From Nitrospira sp. (GTDB lineage Bacteria > Nitrospirota > Nitrospiria > Nitrospirales > Nitrospiraceae): DNA of 64,000 bases. The translations under genes were made by a program, and so were the position numbers. Below are positions 40,888 through 51,561 of the stretch, in pieces. Numbering within the stretch: the first letter of the stretch is position 1; each line of letters begins with the position of its first letter. The stretch is taken from the NCBI GenBank assembly GCA_047150005.1, contig AP038806.1, forward strand, positions 960,001 through 1,024,000, in the 5' to 3' direction. Below the pieces are notes generated by a model. The model saw only the letters and a program-made list of their open reading frames with translations, was not told the origin of the DNA and did not search any database.

Positions 40888-41667
40888 TCAATCGAGGATA
40901 CGAATCCGTTCAATGGAAAGCGCCTTCCCGATACGCGCGTCCACATCGATGAGTGCGGCACAGAAGACAACAGGTCCGGCGGCCACCTCAAAGCGCCGCG
41001 GCATGCCGGTCAAAAACTTCTCGATCGCGAGTTCTTTCTTCACACCGATGACTCCGTGAAGCGGCCCCGTCATGCCGATATCGGTCAGATAGGCCGTACC
41101 CCGAGGCAAGATCTGCTCATCGGCTGTCTGCACATGCGTGTGGGTCCCGACCACGGCCGTCGCCTCACCGTCCAGGAAATGTCCCATGGCCATCTTCTCG
41201 GACGTGGCTTCGGCATGCATATCCACAACGACGGCCGCAACCCGCTTCCTGAGCTTGGCCATCTCTCGCCTGGCCACCTGAAACGGACAATCCAACGTCG
41301 GCATGTACGCACGCCCCATTAACTGCAAGATGCCCAACTCCTCACCGCCGGAAGTTTGGACGACCACGCTGCCCTGTCCCGGCACACCATCGGGATAGTT
41401 GGCCGGGCGCAAGAGACGCCGCTCCCGCGGGAAATAGTCAAGAATTTCCCGCTTATCCCACGCATGATTCCCCGTGGTGATGGCGGAAAGGCCCGCTTTA
41501 AACAGCTCTTCCGCCAACTCAGGGGTAATCCCAAATCCGCCCGCGACGTTTTCTCCATTACCGATGACCACGTCGATCTGTCGCTGGGCGACGAGCCGAG
41601 GCACCATACGGGCGACGGCGCGGCGTCCAGGCTCTCCCATGATGTCGCCGATGTACAGGATCTTCAC
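40888..41667 (-). CDS. ymdB: YmdB-type metallophosphoesterase
   Basis: IGDIMG, NGEN, GNH, DMHAEATSEK and GTHTH. Confidence 0.93.
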   Translation of the reverse strand: MKILYIGDIMGEPGRRAVARMVPRLVAQRQIDVVIGNGENVAGGFGITPELAEELFKAGLSAITTGNHAWDKREILDYFPRERRLLRPANYPDGVPGQGSVVVQTSGGEELGILQLMGRAYMPTLDCPFQVARREMAKLRKRVAAVVVDMHAEATSEKMAMGHFLDGEATAVVGTHTHVQTADEQILPRGTAYLTDIGMTGPLHGVIGVKKELAIEKFLTGMPRRFEVAAGPVVFCAALIDVDARIGKALSIERIRILD

Positions 41668-43232
41668 TTGGCGTACTCGATGTACCGGCTTTCTCGGATC
41701 ACGGTCACCTTGATCTGACCGGGATAGGTCAGCTCTTGCTCGATCTTTTTTGCCAAATCGCGCGACAACTGGAAAGACTCATTATCGGTGACGTCCTCCT
41801 GGCGAACGATCACCCGGATCTCCCGACCTGCCTGTATGGCGTAGGCCTTTTGCACACCTTTCTGAGCATGAGCCAAGGATTCCAGCTTCTCCAGTCGCTT
41901 GACGTAGGACTCCAGCGCTTCGCGCCTCGCCCCAGGTCTTGCCGCAGAAAGCGCCTCGGCTGCAGCCACCAGAACCGATTCCGGACAAATCGGCTCCACC
42001 TGCTCGTGATGAGCGGCGATCGCATTGACGATCTTCTCGCTTTCACCGAACTTCTTCGCGATTTCCGCCCCCAACATGGCATGCGGTCCTTCCTCCTCGT
42101 GACTGACCGCTTTGCCGATGTCGTGCAGCAGCGCCCCCCGTCTTGCCAAACGGACATCCAAGCCGAGTTCAGAGGCCATCATGCCGCAGATGTACGCCGC
42201 CTCTCGGGCATGGTATAGATTGTTCTGCCCGTAGCTGGTGCGGTATTTGAGTCGTCCGAGGACTTTGATCAGCTCCGGATGAAAGTCCGCCAGGCCGAGC
42301 TCGAAGATGATTTTTTCGGCTTCCTCGTACATCAACTTGTCGATCTCGACCTTGACCTTTTCGACGATCTCCTCGATCCTCGTTGGATGGATTCTCCCAT
42401 CCTGCATCAAACGTTCCAACGACACCTTAGCGATTTCTCGGCGCAACGGATCGAACCCCGAGATGATCACCGCTTCGGGGGTTTCGTCGATAATCAGATC
42501 AATCCCCGTCGCGGCCTCGATCGCCCGAATGTTCCGGCCTTCGCGCCCGATGATGCGCCCCTTCATAGCGTCGTTTGGAATCGGCACGACGGAAATCGTG
42601 GATTCCGACACATAATCGCGAACAACCCGCTGGATTGAACCCGTGATGATCTCGCGGGCCTCCCGTTCAGCATTTTCCCTTGCTTCCTCGAGCGTCCTCT
42701 TGGCTATGCCGGCCGCCTCCAGTCTGACCTGGCTTTCCATCTCAAGCAACAATTGCTTCCTGGCTTCATCGGCCGTCAGCCCTGCCACCCGCTCCAGCGC
42801 CTCCCGGTGGTCTCTTTCCGCTTGAGCACAGGCTACCTCCTTGACACCGAGCTTTTCTTCGCGTTTCGTGAGATCCAGCTCGCGCTTCTCCGCCTCACCA
42901 TCCCGCTTATCGATCGCCGCGCTCCGTTTGTCGATCGCCTCTTCTCGCTGAACCAGACGCTTTTCTGCCGCAGAGAGCTCGGCCAATCGACCTTTCTGCT
43001 CTTTTTCAAGTTCCGCCTTTGACTGAAAAATCAAGTCTTTGGCCTCAAGCTTGGCTTCACGGACGATGTTTTCGGCCTCGCGCTGCGCATTCTGCGTCAG
43101 ATGACGGGCCTGGTCCTCCTGCTGAGCCCTCTTGGCTCCGTCGGACATTCTCCGAATCAGCTCGTAGATCCCGATTCCTGCTCCCGCACCCACCACAACT
43201 ATCAAGATGTACATGACCAGTGACGTAGACAT
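41664..43232 (-). CDS. rny: Ribonuclease Y
   Basis: TM anchor, coiled coil, KH (KGRIIGREGRNIR) and HD (LLHDIGK). Confidence 0.97.
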   Translation of the reverse strand: MSTSLVMYILIVVVGAGAGIGIYELIRRMSDGAKRAQQEDQARHLTQNAQREAENIVREAKLEAKDLIFQSKAELEKEQKGRLAELSAAEKRLVQREEAIDKRSAAIDKRDGEAEKRELDLTKREEKLGVKEVACAQAERDHREALERVAGLTADEARKQLLLEMESQVRLEAAGIAKRTLEEARENAEREAREIITGSIQRVVRDYVSESTISVVPIPNDAMKGRIIGREGRNIRAIEAATGIDLIIDETPEAVIISGFDPLRREIAKVSLERLMQDGRIHPTRIEEIVEKVKVEIDKLMYEEAEKIIFELGLADFHPELIKVLGRLKYRTSYGQNNLYHAREAAYICGMMASELGLDVRLARRGALLHDIGKAVSHEEEGPHAMLGAEIAKKFGESEKIVNAIAAHHEQVEPICPESVLVAAAEALSAARPGARREALESYVKRLEKLESLAHAQKGVQKAYAIQAGREIRVIVRQEDVTDNESFQLSRDLAKKIEQELTYPGQIKVTVIRESRYIEYAK

Positions 43233-43398
43233 GGGACTAGCCCCTTTCCAGTCGAGGGCAAGCGTGGTCGCCGCCTCGCATCGTATGTAGATCGCGGTCG
43301 GAGCTGAAAGGAGGATGTTTCTTAAGAGGTGACTACGAGCAGAGACTACGGCCGAACGGAACGATGGGTTGCCCCATCATTCGGGGAATGGGCTCCAC

Positions 43399-43572
43399 GG
43401 AGATGGACGTATTGCTGGGTTGATTCGGACGCCTCGTTCCCGGAGAGGGAATCCTCTCACAGTTCCACCATATCGGCTGGCTTTCCTTACTGCGTGCGAG
43501 GTTCGCACCTGAAGTGGCAGCGGAATCAAGCTGACCCCGTTGCTCACCGTCCCAACCGATACAACGAACTCT
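43399..43572 (-). ncRNA. ssrS: Probable 6S RNA (ends approximate)
   Basis: Lies between zapA and rny, a common 6S context. On the minus strand the 5' GTATCGGTTGGGACG can pair with the 3' CGTCC..CAACC..ATAC, and there is an internal GTGCG..GGAAAGCC. Confidence 0.55.
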
Positions 43573-43809
43573 ATGATTCGAGCGAGTATGGCCAGAATGT
43601 TGGCCAAGAAAGGAACAAGGCTCTGCACACCACAACTTTTTTTCAACTCCGCCAGCATGGCAATTCTGACGTCCATTCCTGCGGTATCGATTCGTATCCC
43701 CGAGTGCTTCCCCGGTTCGAAGTTCGCCTCAGTCAATACTCCTAGCCCCAATTGCCTCCCTACAGTCAACGTCACGATAACAAAGGGTTACGGATTTTTG
43801 CAAGCTGAT

Positions 43810-44106
43810 TCATCGGAACAGCGATGTGGGAACCTGCTCCTCAATCGATTCCATCAGCGTCATCATACGCCGTTCCACAACCGCCTCCCCTTCCGTCCGC
43901 TTCTTCTCCGCCTCGAACAGCTGGTGAGCGAGATTGACCGCCGTCAACACGGCCAATTTCGAGGGCGTCGTTGTATTCAACCCTTCGGCCAAATGGCGCA
44001 TTTGCGCGTCCACGAAGCTCGCCAGCCGACGAATGTAGTCTTCGTCGGCCTCTCCCCGAATTGCATACCGCTGGCCATAGATCTCGACGTACGTGGTCTT
44101 AGTCAA
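43810..44106 (-). CDS. zapA: Cell division protein ZapA
   Basis: VEIYGQRYAI..YIRRLASFVD..LAVLTAVNLA. Confidence 0.93.
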   Translation of the reverse strand: MTKTTYVEIYGQRYAIRGEADEDYIRRLASFVDAQMRHLAEGLNTTTPSKLAVLTAVNLAHQLFEAEKKRTEGEAVVERRMMTLMESIEEQVPTSLFR

Positions 44107-44353
44107 GGGCCACCTCCTTGCGGTCCTCCATGCATTCCAACAGCTCGATTTCCCCTAATACTTTCTCCACCCGTGCCTTGATGTCCAAACGTTCGCGTTC
44201 CCACCGCTTATTTGAATCGCTTTGTTCAGCCAGTCGTTCCCGCAGAGATTTGACATCGTCTTCAAGAGCCGTGTTCTTTTTCTTCAGTTCTTGCACGAGC
44301 CTAACGAGATCCTTGACACGAGTCTCAAGCGCATCGAGTCGATCCATTGCCAT
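44099..44353 (-). CDS. ZapB-like coiled-coil protein
   Basis: Heptad coiled coil overlapping the zapA start. Confidence 0.75.
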   Translation of the reverse strand: MAMDRLDALETRVKDLVRLVQELKKKNTALEDDVKSLRERLAEQSDSNKRWERERLDIKARVEKVLGEIELLECMEDRKEVALD

Positions 44354-44391
44354 CGGTTGATACTCCCAGAAACCACAATAGGTTGCGGGGC

Positions 44392-44420
44392 ACTATAGAA
44401 ACTTGCCCAGATCTTGTCAA
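44392..44420 (-). promoter_or_regulatory. Sigma70 promoter for the zapB-like/zapA operon
   Basis: TTGACA-N17-TATAGT on the minus strand. Confidence 0.78.
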
Positions 44421-46741
44421 GAAACCCGCTCCGAGTCCGGAAGCTTTGAGGCGCTTGCCAGGCGAATGTATTCCCGATAACTCCGCAGTACGCGCTTCAC
44501 ATACTGCCTGGTCTCCTGGTAGGGAATCATTTCAACAAATTCGTCCTGACTGTACGTTCCATGCTGATCGCGCCATGAATTGACGACCACCGGTCCCGCA
44601 TTGTAGGCCGCAATGGTATAGACCAGGTTGCCGGAAAATTGCTCAAGCAGTTGTTCGACATACCGCACGCCAATTCGAATGTTCGTGTCTTGATCGAACA
44701 GATCATCACGTCCGACCGGAGGAATACCGATCCGTTGGGCCACGGTATTGGCAGTCGCCGGCATCACCTGCATGAGGCCGATCGCCCCGACCCGGGATAC
44801 GGCTTTCAAGTCGTATTGACTTTCCTCGCGAATGATGGCCGCGATCAGAAAGGGATCGACGCCCTTTGCGCCTTGGAGTTTGATCGTGGGGAGCAATCCG
44901 GTGGGATAGGCGACATTCCAGAGCGCAGGGGAAAGTACGCCGCCGGTTCGTTCCAGCTTGTCTCGAAAGCGTCCACGAGCCAACCGCAAGGCATGATGGT
45001 AGGCGCCGACCTCGTTCAGCATGCTAGACAGCAGCACGAGGGCCTCCGGGTCTCTGCTGTACCGGTCGGTCAAGGCGGCGATTTCTCGCGCGGCATCTGC
45101 ATCGAGCCCCAATGTCTTGAGCTCAACGGCGCGTCGATACGCGTTCTGCTGCCCGATTTCACCCCGGTTCGCCGAGGACGAGGATAGGGAAGATTCTTCG
45201 CCGTTCCCCGGCGAGGCATTGTCTCCGCCCTCGGCCCCCGTGGTTGGATCTGAAACAGAGACGGCTGGGCGCTCCCGAGCCAGCTGACAATAGTACGTGT
45301 AGACATACCGCTGGCACAGCTGCCGGTACAGCTCGGGGGCTTGGGACGTGCCGTTCTGCTCCGCCGCCCGTGCCATCCAATAGAGCGCTTGTGGCTCGAA
45401 CTCCCCGTCATGCCGCTCCACAATGGACTGCAAGGTTTCCGTAGCTTCGCGATACTGACCGGTCCTGTAATACACCCATCCGATCCGCCAACGGGCTTCG
45501 GCCCGCTGTGATGCCGGCTCTCCGGTTTTTGCGACGGCACGATATCGGGCGATGGCTTCGTCGAACTGCTTTTGGTCCTCCAGCCAGATCCCGACCAACA
45601 ATCCAACCTGGCCCTTCTGCTCCGGAGACAGTGAACTACCCTGAACCGTTCTGGCCAGTTCCTGCAGTTTGTCACCCGACCCTTGGCGCAGGTACACACG
45701 GGCGAGCCAAACGGTCGCTTCCTGGGATTCCGCCCCTCCATCCTTGAGCATGCCCCGGAAACTCTCTCGAGCCTGGTCATACTGTTTGAGCCGTACCTGT
45801 GCCACGCCGAGCTTGAGTTTCGCTTCGGCCCGCCGAGGAGAAAGAGGATCCAGCGCGAGGAATTTCTTGAGTTCATCGATCGCCTCGACATGAAAGGCCT
45901 GAGCAAGGAACGCCTGCGCCCGAGCAAACCTGTCCACAGCCTGCGGTACCCATAGTTCCCCACCGGGATTTGTCGCCAACAGTACTCCGGCCTCCTTGGC
46001 CTCGGGGCTTGCCGGGAATCGCACCCATAGCTGTCTGAGGGTTTCTCGACCTTCCGTCACATTGCCGTCCCGCATTTGACAGGCCGCCCGGCGAAGAAAG
46101 GCAAGCGGGGCGTTCGGCTCCTTTTCGCTAAGGGCAATGGCTCTGGCAAACCATTCACTGGCTCTTTGACAATCGGAGGCCTGGTACCACGCCTCCCCGG
46201 ATCGATACGCCGCCTTTGACAGAATGTTGGAGTCGGGAGCGGCAAGGGGAATGCTTTCAAGCATGGTGGCCGCTGCCGTGCTATCGCCGAGATTCAACGA
46301 CGCCTCCCCCAGCCAGAGCCGGATGTAATCATCGAGCACGGCGAAGTCGCGCTGCCCTCCGCGCAAAAACTGGATCGACACGGCCGGATTCCGTTCGACG
46401 AGCAGGACTCCGGACAGCAGCCCAGCACGCTTGGCCCATATTGTCGACGGAAACCGCTCCATCAATCGACGCAACCGTTCGAGCTTGAGCGACAACACCT
46501 GTTCTTTCGTGAGGGTTTTCCCAAGACGTTCCTTAGGCAGGGCACCAGCCAGAAAGCAGGATTCGGGGGTATCGCAGGCCTCGTTTTCGGCTGCGTCAGG
46601 AGCCGTTCCACTATCCGCCCGGGTCGGCGGAGCGAGAACCAAAATCATGAGGACGCCGCAGATTGCGCGGAGAATGAGACAGAGCCCCACACAGCGTCGA
46701 ATGCGATCAGGCACGTTACGATCCCCGAGCCTCAGGTGCAT
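44417..46741 (-). CDS. TPR-containing soluble lytic transglycosylase (start uncertain, possibly 46648)
   Basis: TPR-like helices; IIREES, GAIGLMQ, AAYNAG and ETRQYV. Confidence 0.9.
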   Translation of the reverse strand: MHLRLGDRNVPDRIRRCVGLCLILRAICGVLMILVLAPPTRADSGTAPDAAENEACDTPESCFLAGALPKERLGKTLTKEQVLSLKLERLRRLMERFPSTIWAKRAGLLSGVLLVERNPAVSIQFLRGGQRDFAVLDDYIRLWLGEASLNLGDSTAAATMLESIPLAAPDSNILSKAAYRSGEAWYQASDCQRASEWFARAIALSEKEPNAPLAFLRRAACQMRDGNVTEGRETLRQLWVRFPASPEAKEAGVLLATNPGGELWVPQAVDRFARAQAFLAQAFHVEAIDELKKFLALDPLSPRRAEAKLKLGVAQVRLKQYDQARESFRGMLKDGGAESQEATVWLARVYLRQGSGDKLQELARTVQGSSLSPEQKGQVGLLVGIWLEDQKQFDEAIARYRAVAKTGEPASQRAEARWRIGWVYYRTGQYREATETLQSIVERHDGEFEPQALYWMARAAEQNGTSQAPELYRQLCQRYVYTYYCQLARERPAVSVSDPTTGAEGGDNASPGNGEESSLSSSSANRGEIGQQNAYRRAVELKTLGLDADAAREIAALTDRYSRDPEALVLLSSMLNEVGAYHHALRLARGRFRDKLERTGGVLSPALWNVAYPTGLLPTIKLQGAKGVDPFLIAAIIREESQYDLKAVSRVGAIGLMQVMPATANTVAQRIGIPPVGRDDLFDQDTNIRIGVRYVEQLLEQFSGNLVYTIAAYNAGPVVVNSWRDQHGTYSQDEFVEMIPYQETRQYVKRVLRSYREYIRLASASKLPDSERVS

Positions 46742-46842
46742 GTAGTATATATCAGCGCCCTCACCGTCTTGCCAGCAATGCGGTCTTGCCAGCGGACGGC
46801 CTTCGTCTTGTCCCGGTTTTTCCCGCTATGTTAGCCTGAGCC

Positions 46843-47934
46843 ATGTCTCGCGAAGCGACTCCCAACCTGACGAATCTCCTCGCCTTGGACGAGAGCGGCA
46901 TGGAGCGACTGGTCGGGAAACTGGCCTGGCCGAAATACCGCGCCGGACAAATCCTGCGTTGGCTGTACCAACGCCGGGCGACGTCGGCCGACCAGATGAC
47001 CGACCTCAGCCGCGCGGATCGATCCGTCCTGAAATCGGCAACGACCATCCGACGAGCCGCCGCGTGCACGTTGTTTCGATCCGTCGATGACACCCGAAAA
47101 CTGGTATTGACGCTTGAGGACGGACTCAACGTCGAGACGGTCCTGATTCCCGATGAAGATCGACTCACCCTCTGCGTGTCGACCCAGGTGGGATGCACGC
47201 TGGATTGCGGGTTCTGCCTGACGGGAACGATGGGCCTGAAGCGAAATTTGAAAGCCGACGAGATACTCGACCAGGTTCTGACCGCACAGGACCAGCTCGG
47301 GAGAAACGAACAAATCACGAATCTCGTTTTCATGGGCATGGGAGAACCCCTGGCGAACTTCGAGAATCTATCCGATGCCCTCGCGCGGCTGACCAATCGG
47401 GCATGGGGATTGGGATTTTCGCCAAGGCGGATCACGGTCTCGACCGCCGGACTCGCCTCGCGCCTCAAAGACGTGGCGCCCCTCGGCGTCAACCTGGCCA
47501 TATCCTTGAATGCCAGCACGGAGATTCAACGGAACCGGTTGATGCCCGCAGCAAACGGTATCGCGTCCCTTCGGTCGCTCCTGGCGGCATGTCGCCGCTA
47601 TCCATTGCGTCCGGGCCGCATGCTGACATTTGAGTACGTCTTGCTGGCCGGGGTCAATGACCAGATTGAAGACGCCCGGAGAGTGACGAAGCTGCTCCGC
47701 GGCCTGCGATATAAGGTCAACTTGATCCCGTTCAACGAATTTCCCGGCAGCGCATTTCGCCGGCCGGCCGACGGCACGGTGCTGGAATTTCAGTCCGCCC
47801 TGAAGCAGGGGGGAGCCGACGTCTTCATCCGCAAGAGCCGAGGCCGTGACGTGCTCGGGGCGTGCGGCCAACTCGGCAATGTCTGGCCCCCTGGCAGAGA
47901 GCCCGCCTTGACACAAATTGAATCGCGTTGCTAG
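46843..47934 (+). CDS. rlmN: 23S rRNA A2503/tRNA C2-methyltransferase
   Basis: STQVGCTLDCGFC, MGMGEP and GACGQL. Confidence 0.96.
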   Translation: MSREATPNLTNLLALDESGMERLVGKLAWPKYRAGQILRWLYQRRATSADQMTDLSRADRSVLKSATTIRRAAACTLFRSVDDTRKLVLTLEDGLNVETVLIPDEDRLTLCVSTQVGCTLDCGFCLTGTMGLKRNLKADEILDQVLTAQDQLGRNEQITNLVFMGMGEPLANFENLSDALARLTNRAWGLGFSPRRITVSTAGLASRLKDVAPLGVNLAISLNASTEIQRNRLMPAANGIASLRSLLAACRRYPLRPGRMLTFEYVLLAGVNDQIEDARRVTKLLRGLRYKVNLIPFNEFPGSAFRRPADGTVLEFQSALKQGGADVFIRKSRGRDVLGACGQLGNVWPPGREPALTQIESRC

Positions 47935-47964
47935 CATGCAGAGGTCCGTTCCTCTCCTCAAATC

Positions 47965-49341
47965 ATGATCGTCCAACTTTCCCGGCATCTCACACCATGG
48001 TTGCTGCTCGCAGTCGTGACGCTCGTGGCGAGGCAGCCCGCTCACGCAGCCGATCCGAGTGAGTTTCTCCTTTCGAACGGGATGAAAGTTCTCATCGTCG
48101 AAGTTCCCAAAGCTCCGGTCGCGACCGTGCAAGTCTGGTACAAGGTCGGCTCACGCAACGAGGTCATGGGGCGTGCAGGGTTGTCGCACATGCTCGAACA
48201 CATGATGTTCAAGGGCACCAACAAGTATCCCAACGGATCGTTTTCCCGGCTGATCCGAAAGAATGGGGGTATGGACAACGCCTTCACCAGCCAGGACTTT
48301 ACCGCCTACTTCGAAAATCTCGCAGCCGACCGTGTGGGCCTTGCGCTGGAGTTGGAAGCGGATCGGATGCAGGGTCTCATCCTGGATCAGAACGAGCTGA
48401 AAACCGAACGGGAAGTCGTAAAGGAAGAGCGGCGGCTCCGTACCGAAGATGACCCGCAAGGCGCGCTGGTTGAAGCCCTCTTCGCCCAGGCCTACATGAG
48501 CCATCCGTACCATTGGCCGGTGATCGGATGGTTCGGCGACCTGGATGCCATGACCCTCGAAGATCTTCAGAGACACTACGATACCTATTACTCGCCGAAT
48601 AACGCCACGTTGCTGGTGGTCGGCGACGTGAAGGCCGAAAGCCTCCTCCCGACGATCACGCAGTTGTTCGAACCGATTCCCCGCGGCCCCGAGCCCAAAC
48701 CCGTCCTGACCATGGAAGGAGAGCAACGGGGCGAGCGCCGGTTTCTGCTCAAGCGCGAGGCGCAGGTGCCTTTCGTCATGATGGGCTTCCGCGTTCCGAA
48801 TTTCGCCAGTGAAGATTCGTACGCCTTGGACATTCTGGAATCGATTCTCTCCCGCGGGAAGAGCTCCCGGCTCTATCAAAGCCTCGTCTATGATCAAAAA
48901 CTCGCGATCGCCGTCGGAGCCGAATACAGTTTGATGCAGACGGATCCCGGTCTCTTCTATTTCTATTCGCTGGTCAGTCCGGGGCAGAAGGTCGAACTGG
49001 TCGAAGAGGCGCTGAACAGGGAAATTCGCCGGCTCCAGAACGAGCCTCCCACCGACCAGGAAATGCAGCGGGCGAAGAACCAGGTCGAAGCGATGCGCGT
49101 ATTCGAACAGGATTCGAATTTCCGTCACGCGATGTTGCTAGGCCAGGCCGAATCGATCGGCGCCGGATGGAAAAAAGTCGATCAATTCTTGGAGCGCATC
49201 GCCGCCGTCACCCCGAAGGACGTGCAACGAGTGGCTCGGCAGTATTTGACCGACGATGCCCGCACCATCGGCACACTGATTCCCGTGCCTCCGAAACAAC
49301 CTGAAACGGCCCCGGCTGCCGCGCAGCCGGGAAAATCTTGA
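47965..49341 (+). CDS. M16 family zinc peptidase, catalytic subunit
   Basis: HMLEH (HxxEH), NAFT and EVVKEE. Confidence 0.93.
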   Translation: MIVQLSRHLTPWLLLAVVTLVARQPAHAADPSEFLLSNGMKVLIVEVPKAPVATVQVWYKVGSRNEVMGRAGLSHMLEHMMFKGTNKYPNGSFSRLIRKNGGMDNAFTSQDFTAYFENLAADRVGLALELEADRMQGLILDQNELKTEREVVKEERRLRTEDDPQGALVEALFAQAYMSHPYHWPVIGWFGDLDAMTLEDLQRHYDTYYSPNNATLLVVGDVKAESLLPTITQLFEPIPRGPEPKPVLTMEGEQRGERRFLLKREAQVPFVMMGFRVPNFASEDSYALDILESILSRGKSSRLYQSLVYDQKLAIAVGAEYSLMQTDPGLFYFYSLVSPGQKVELVEEALNREIRRLQNEPPTDQEMQRAKNQVEAMRVFEQDSNFRHAMLLGQAESIGAGWKKVDQFLERIAAVTPKDVQRVARQYLTDDARTIGTLIPVPPKQPETAPAAAQPGKS

Positions 49342-50699
49342 GCTCAGCGGGTGGCGCACTGATGGGATTGAAACATTGGATCTGGCTCGGACTCTGGGGC
49401 TGCCTCGTCGTCTTGGCTCCTTCCTCTTTACCGGCGGCCGACATCGTTCCGACCAGATTGATCGCGCCGAACGGCATGACCGTGCTGGTCCTCGAACAAC
49501 ATTTTCTGCCGATCGTTGAAATCCATTCACTCGTCAAAACCGGATCGGCGCAGGATCCGTCAGACAAAGCGGGACTGGCCAATCTTGTGGCGAGTCTGCT
49601 CGACGAAGGCACGACCACCCGTACCTCGAAACAGATCGCCGAGCAGATCGATTTTGTCGGGGGATCCTTGGAGGTGAAGGCGGCCGAGGATTTCACGACG
49701 GCCTCGGCAAGGGTCCTGAAGAAGGATGTGGATCTGGGGTTCACCTTGCTCGCCGACATGCTGCAACATCCGGCCTTCCACAAGCAGGAGTTCGAACGCA
49801 TTCGCACCCAGATTCTGGGGGAGATTGCCAGCGATAACGATGATCCCGGCCATGTCGCAATGAAGGCGTTCAACCAACTGGTCTTCCACGGCCACCCATA
49901 TCGCTGGCCGCTCAACGGAACAGAGGAAACTCTCGGCAAGATCACGGTGGCGGATGTCGCCGTCTTCTATGCGAAAGAGTATGTCCCGGGACAAGTCATC
50001 CTCACGGTCGTGGGGGATGTCACCGTCGATCAGGTCACGGCACTGGTGCAAACCCATTTCGGAGCCTGGAAAAAGTCTCCGGCCCCTGCTCGGAGCATCC
50101 GAAAACCGGGTGCCCTTGAGAAAAAAACCGTGCAGCTGATCGAGAAGGATCTTACCCAATCAAGCATCGTGCTGGGCCATGCCGGAATCAACCGGATGAA
50201 CCCAGACTTCTATGCCGTCACCGTCATGAACTACATCCTCGGAGCCGGGGGCTTCTCGTCACGTCTGATGGATTCGATCCGAGACAAGCAGGGCTTGGCC
50301 TACGGGATCATGAGCCATTTCGATGCGCGACTGATGCCCGGCTCCTTCTGGATCAGCCTGCAGACGCGAAGCGAAACCACCAACCAAGCCATCACGGGCG
50401 TCCTTGCCGAAATGAAGAGCATTCGTGACGCTCCCGTCTCGGATCAGGAGTTGACCGAGGCCAAATCGTTTCTCGTCGGCAGCTTTCCCCTTCGCCTGGA
50501 TTCGACGGCCAAGCTCGCCCAGGTGCTGGCTCAGGTGGAATTCTACGGCTTGGGTTTCGAGTATTTCTCGCAGTATCCCAAGTGGATCGAGCGCGTCACC
50601 AAGGACGACGTCCAGCGAGTCGCCAAACAGTACCTGGATCCGCAACGATACGCGCTGGTGGTCGTCGGCAATCTCGCCAAATCCAAAGTGAAACACTGA
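49338..50699 (+). CDS. M16 family peptidase, non-catalytic partner
   Basis: Lacks HxxEH; has LGAGGFSSRL..IRDKQGLAY. Confidence 0.9.
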   Translation: MSSAGGALMGLKHWIWLGLWGCLVVLAPSSLPAADIVPTRLIAPNGMTVLVLEQHFLPIVEIHSLVKTGSAQDPSDKAGLANLVASLLDEGTTTRTSKQIAEQIDFVGGSLEVKAAEDFTTASARVLKKDVDLGFTLLADMLQHPAFHKQEFERIRTQILGEIASDNDDPGHVAMKAFNQLVFHGHPYRWPLNGTEETLGKITVADVAVFYAKEYVPGQVILTVVGDVTVDQVTALVQTHFGAWKKSPAPARSIRKPGALEKKTVQLIEKDLTQSSIVLGHAGINRMNPDFYAVTVMNYILGAGGFSSRLMDSIRDKQGLAYGIMSHFDARLMPGSFWISLQTRSETTNQAITGVLAEMKSIRDAPVSDQELTEAKSFLVGSFPLRLDSTAKLAQVLAQVEFYGLGFEYFSQYPKWIERVTKDDVQRVAKQYLDPQRYALVVVGNLAKSKVKH

Positions 50700-50742
50700 T
50701 CGACCAGGCACAGGCGCCCGGCGATCAACGACTTGAATTACC

Positions 50743-51552
50743 ATGACACCGGACCATCTGACCGACAAGCTCTCCCGCCTCCGCCGCGTCCTATCGGAGA
50801 TGCAGTCCGTCCTCGTCGCGTTCTCAGGAGGAATCGACAGTACGCTCGTGTTAAAAGTCGCGAACGACGAATTGGGAAGTCGCGCGCTCGGCGTCACGGC
50901 CGTTTCCCCGACTTTTCCCCTGCTCGAACTTGAGACCGCCACGCGGGTGGCCCAAGAAATCGGGGCCCGCCATGAAGTCGTCCGCACCGACCAACTGACT
51001 ATTCCAGACTTCGTGCAAAATGATGCGACACGCTGTTTTCATTGCAAAACCGACCTGTACCGATTGATGGATAGCATGAAGGAGCCGCGCGCCTCGCGTT
51101 GGGTCGCGGATGGGACAAACCTGGACGATCTGGGAGACGATCGACCTGGGATTGCAGCCGCCCGCCAATGGCAAGTCCGCAGTCCGCTTGTCGAGGCGGA
51201 ACTTTCCAAAGCCGATGTACGCGCCTTGGCCAGAAACTTCGGCCTCTCCACGTGGGATAAGCCCGCCGCCGCTTGTCTGTCCTCGAGAATTCCCCGGGGC
51301 ACCCACATTACGGTCGAGAAACTCGCCCGCGTCGAACGGGCTGAGGCCGTTCTTTTAGCGGAGGGGTTTCGGGAGGTTCGCGTCAGAGATCATGGAGAAA
51401 TCGCCAGGATTGAAGTCGGGACCGAAGAATTCTCGCGATTTCTCGATCCGGGTCTTCGCATGCGGGTCGGCGCCCGCTTGCGGGAGGCAGGTTTTTGCTT
51501 TATCTGCCTCGATGTGGAGGGATATCGATCGGGGGGAGTCAGCCTCGGCTGA
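50743..51552 (+). CDS. larE: ATP-dependent sacrificial sulfur transferase LarE
   Basis: PP-loop AFSGGIDS, RCFHCK, DGTNLDD and ACLSSR. Confidence 0.92.
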   Translation: MTPDHLTDKLSRLRRVLSEMQSVLVAFSGGIDSTLVLKVANDELGSRALGVTAVSPTFPLLELETATRVAQEIGARHEVVRTDQLTIPDFVQNDATRCFHCKTDLYRLMDSMKEPRASRWVADGTNLDDLGDDRPGIAAARQWQVRSPLVEAELSKADVRALARNFGLSTWDKPAAACLSSRIPRGTHITVEKLARVERAEAVLLAEGFREVRVRDHGEIARIEVGTEEFSRFLDPGLRMRVGARLREAGFCFICLDVEGYRSGGVSLG

Positions 51553-51561
51553 CCTCGACGA

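Noticed and set aside
43377..43775. 132-aa ORF between zapA and rny
   Set aside because: No recognisable motifs, and it overlaps the probable 6S RNA.
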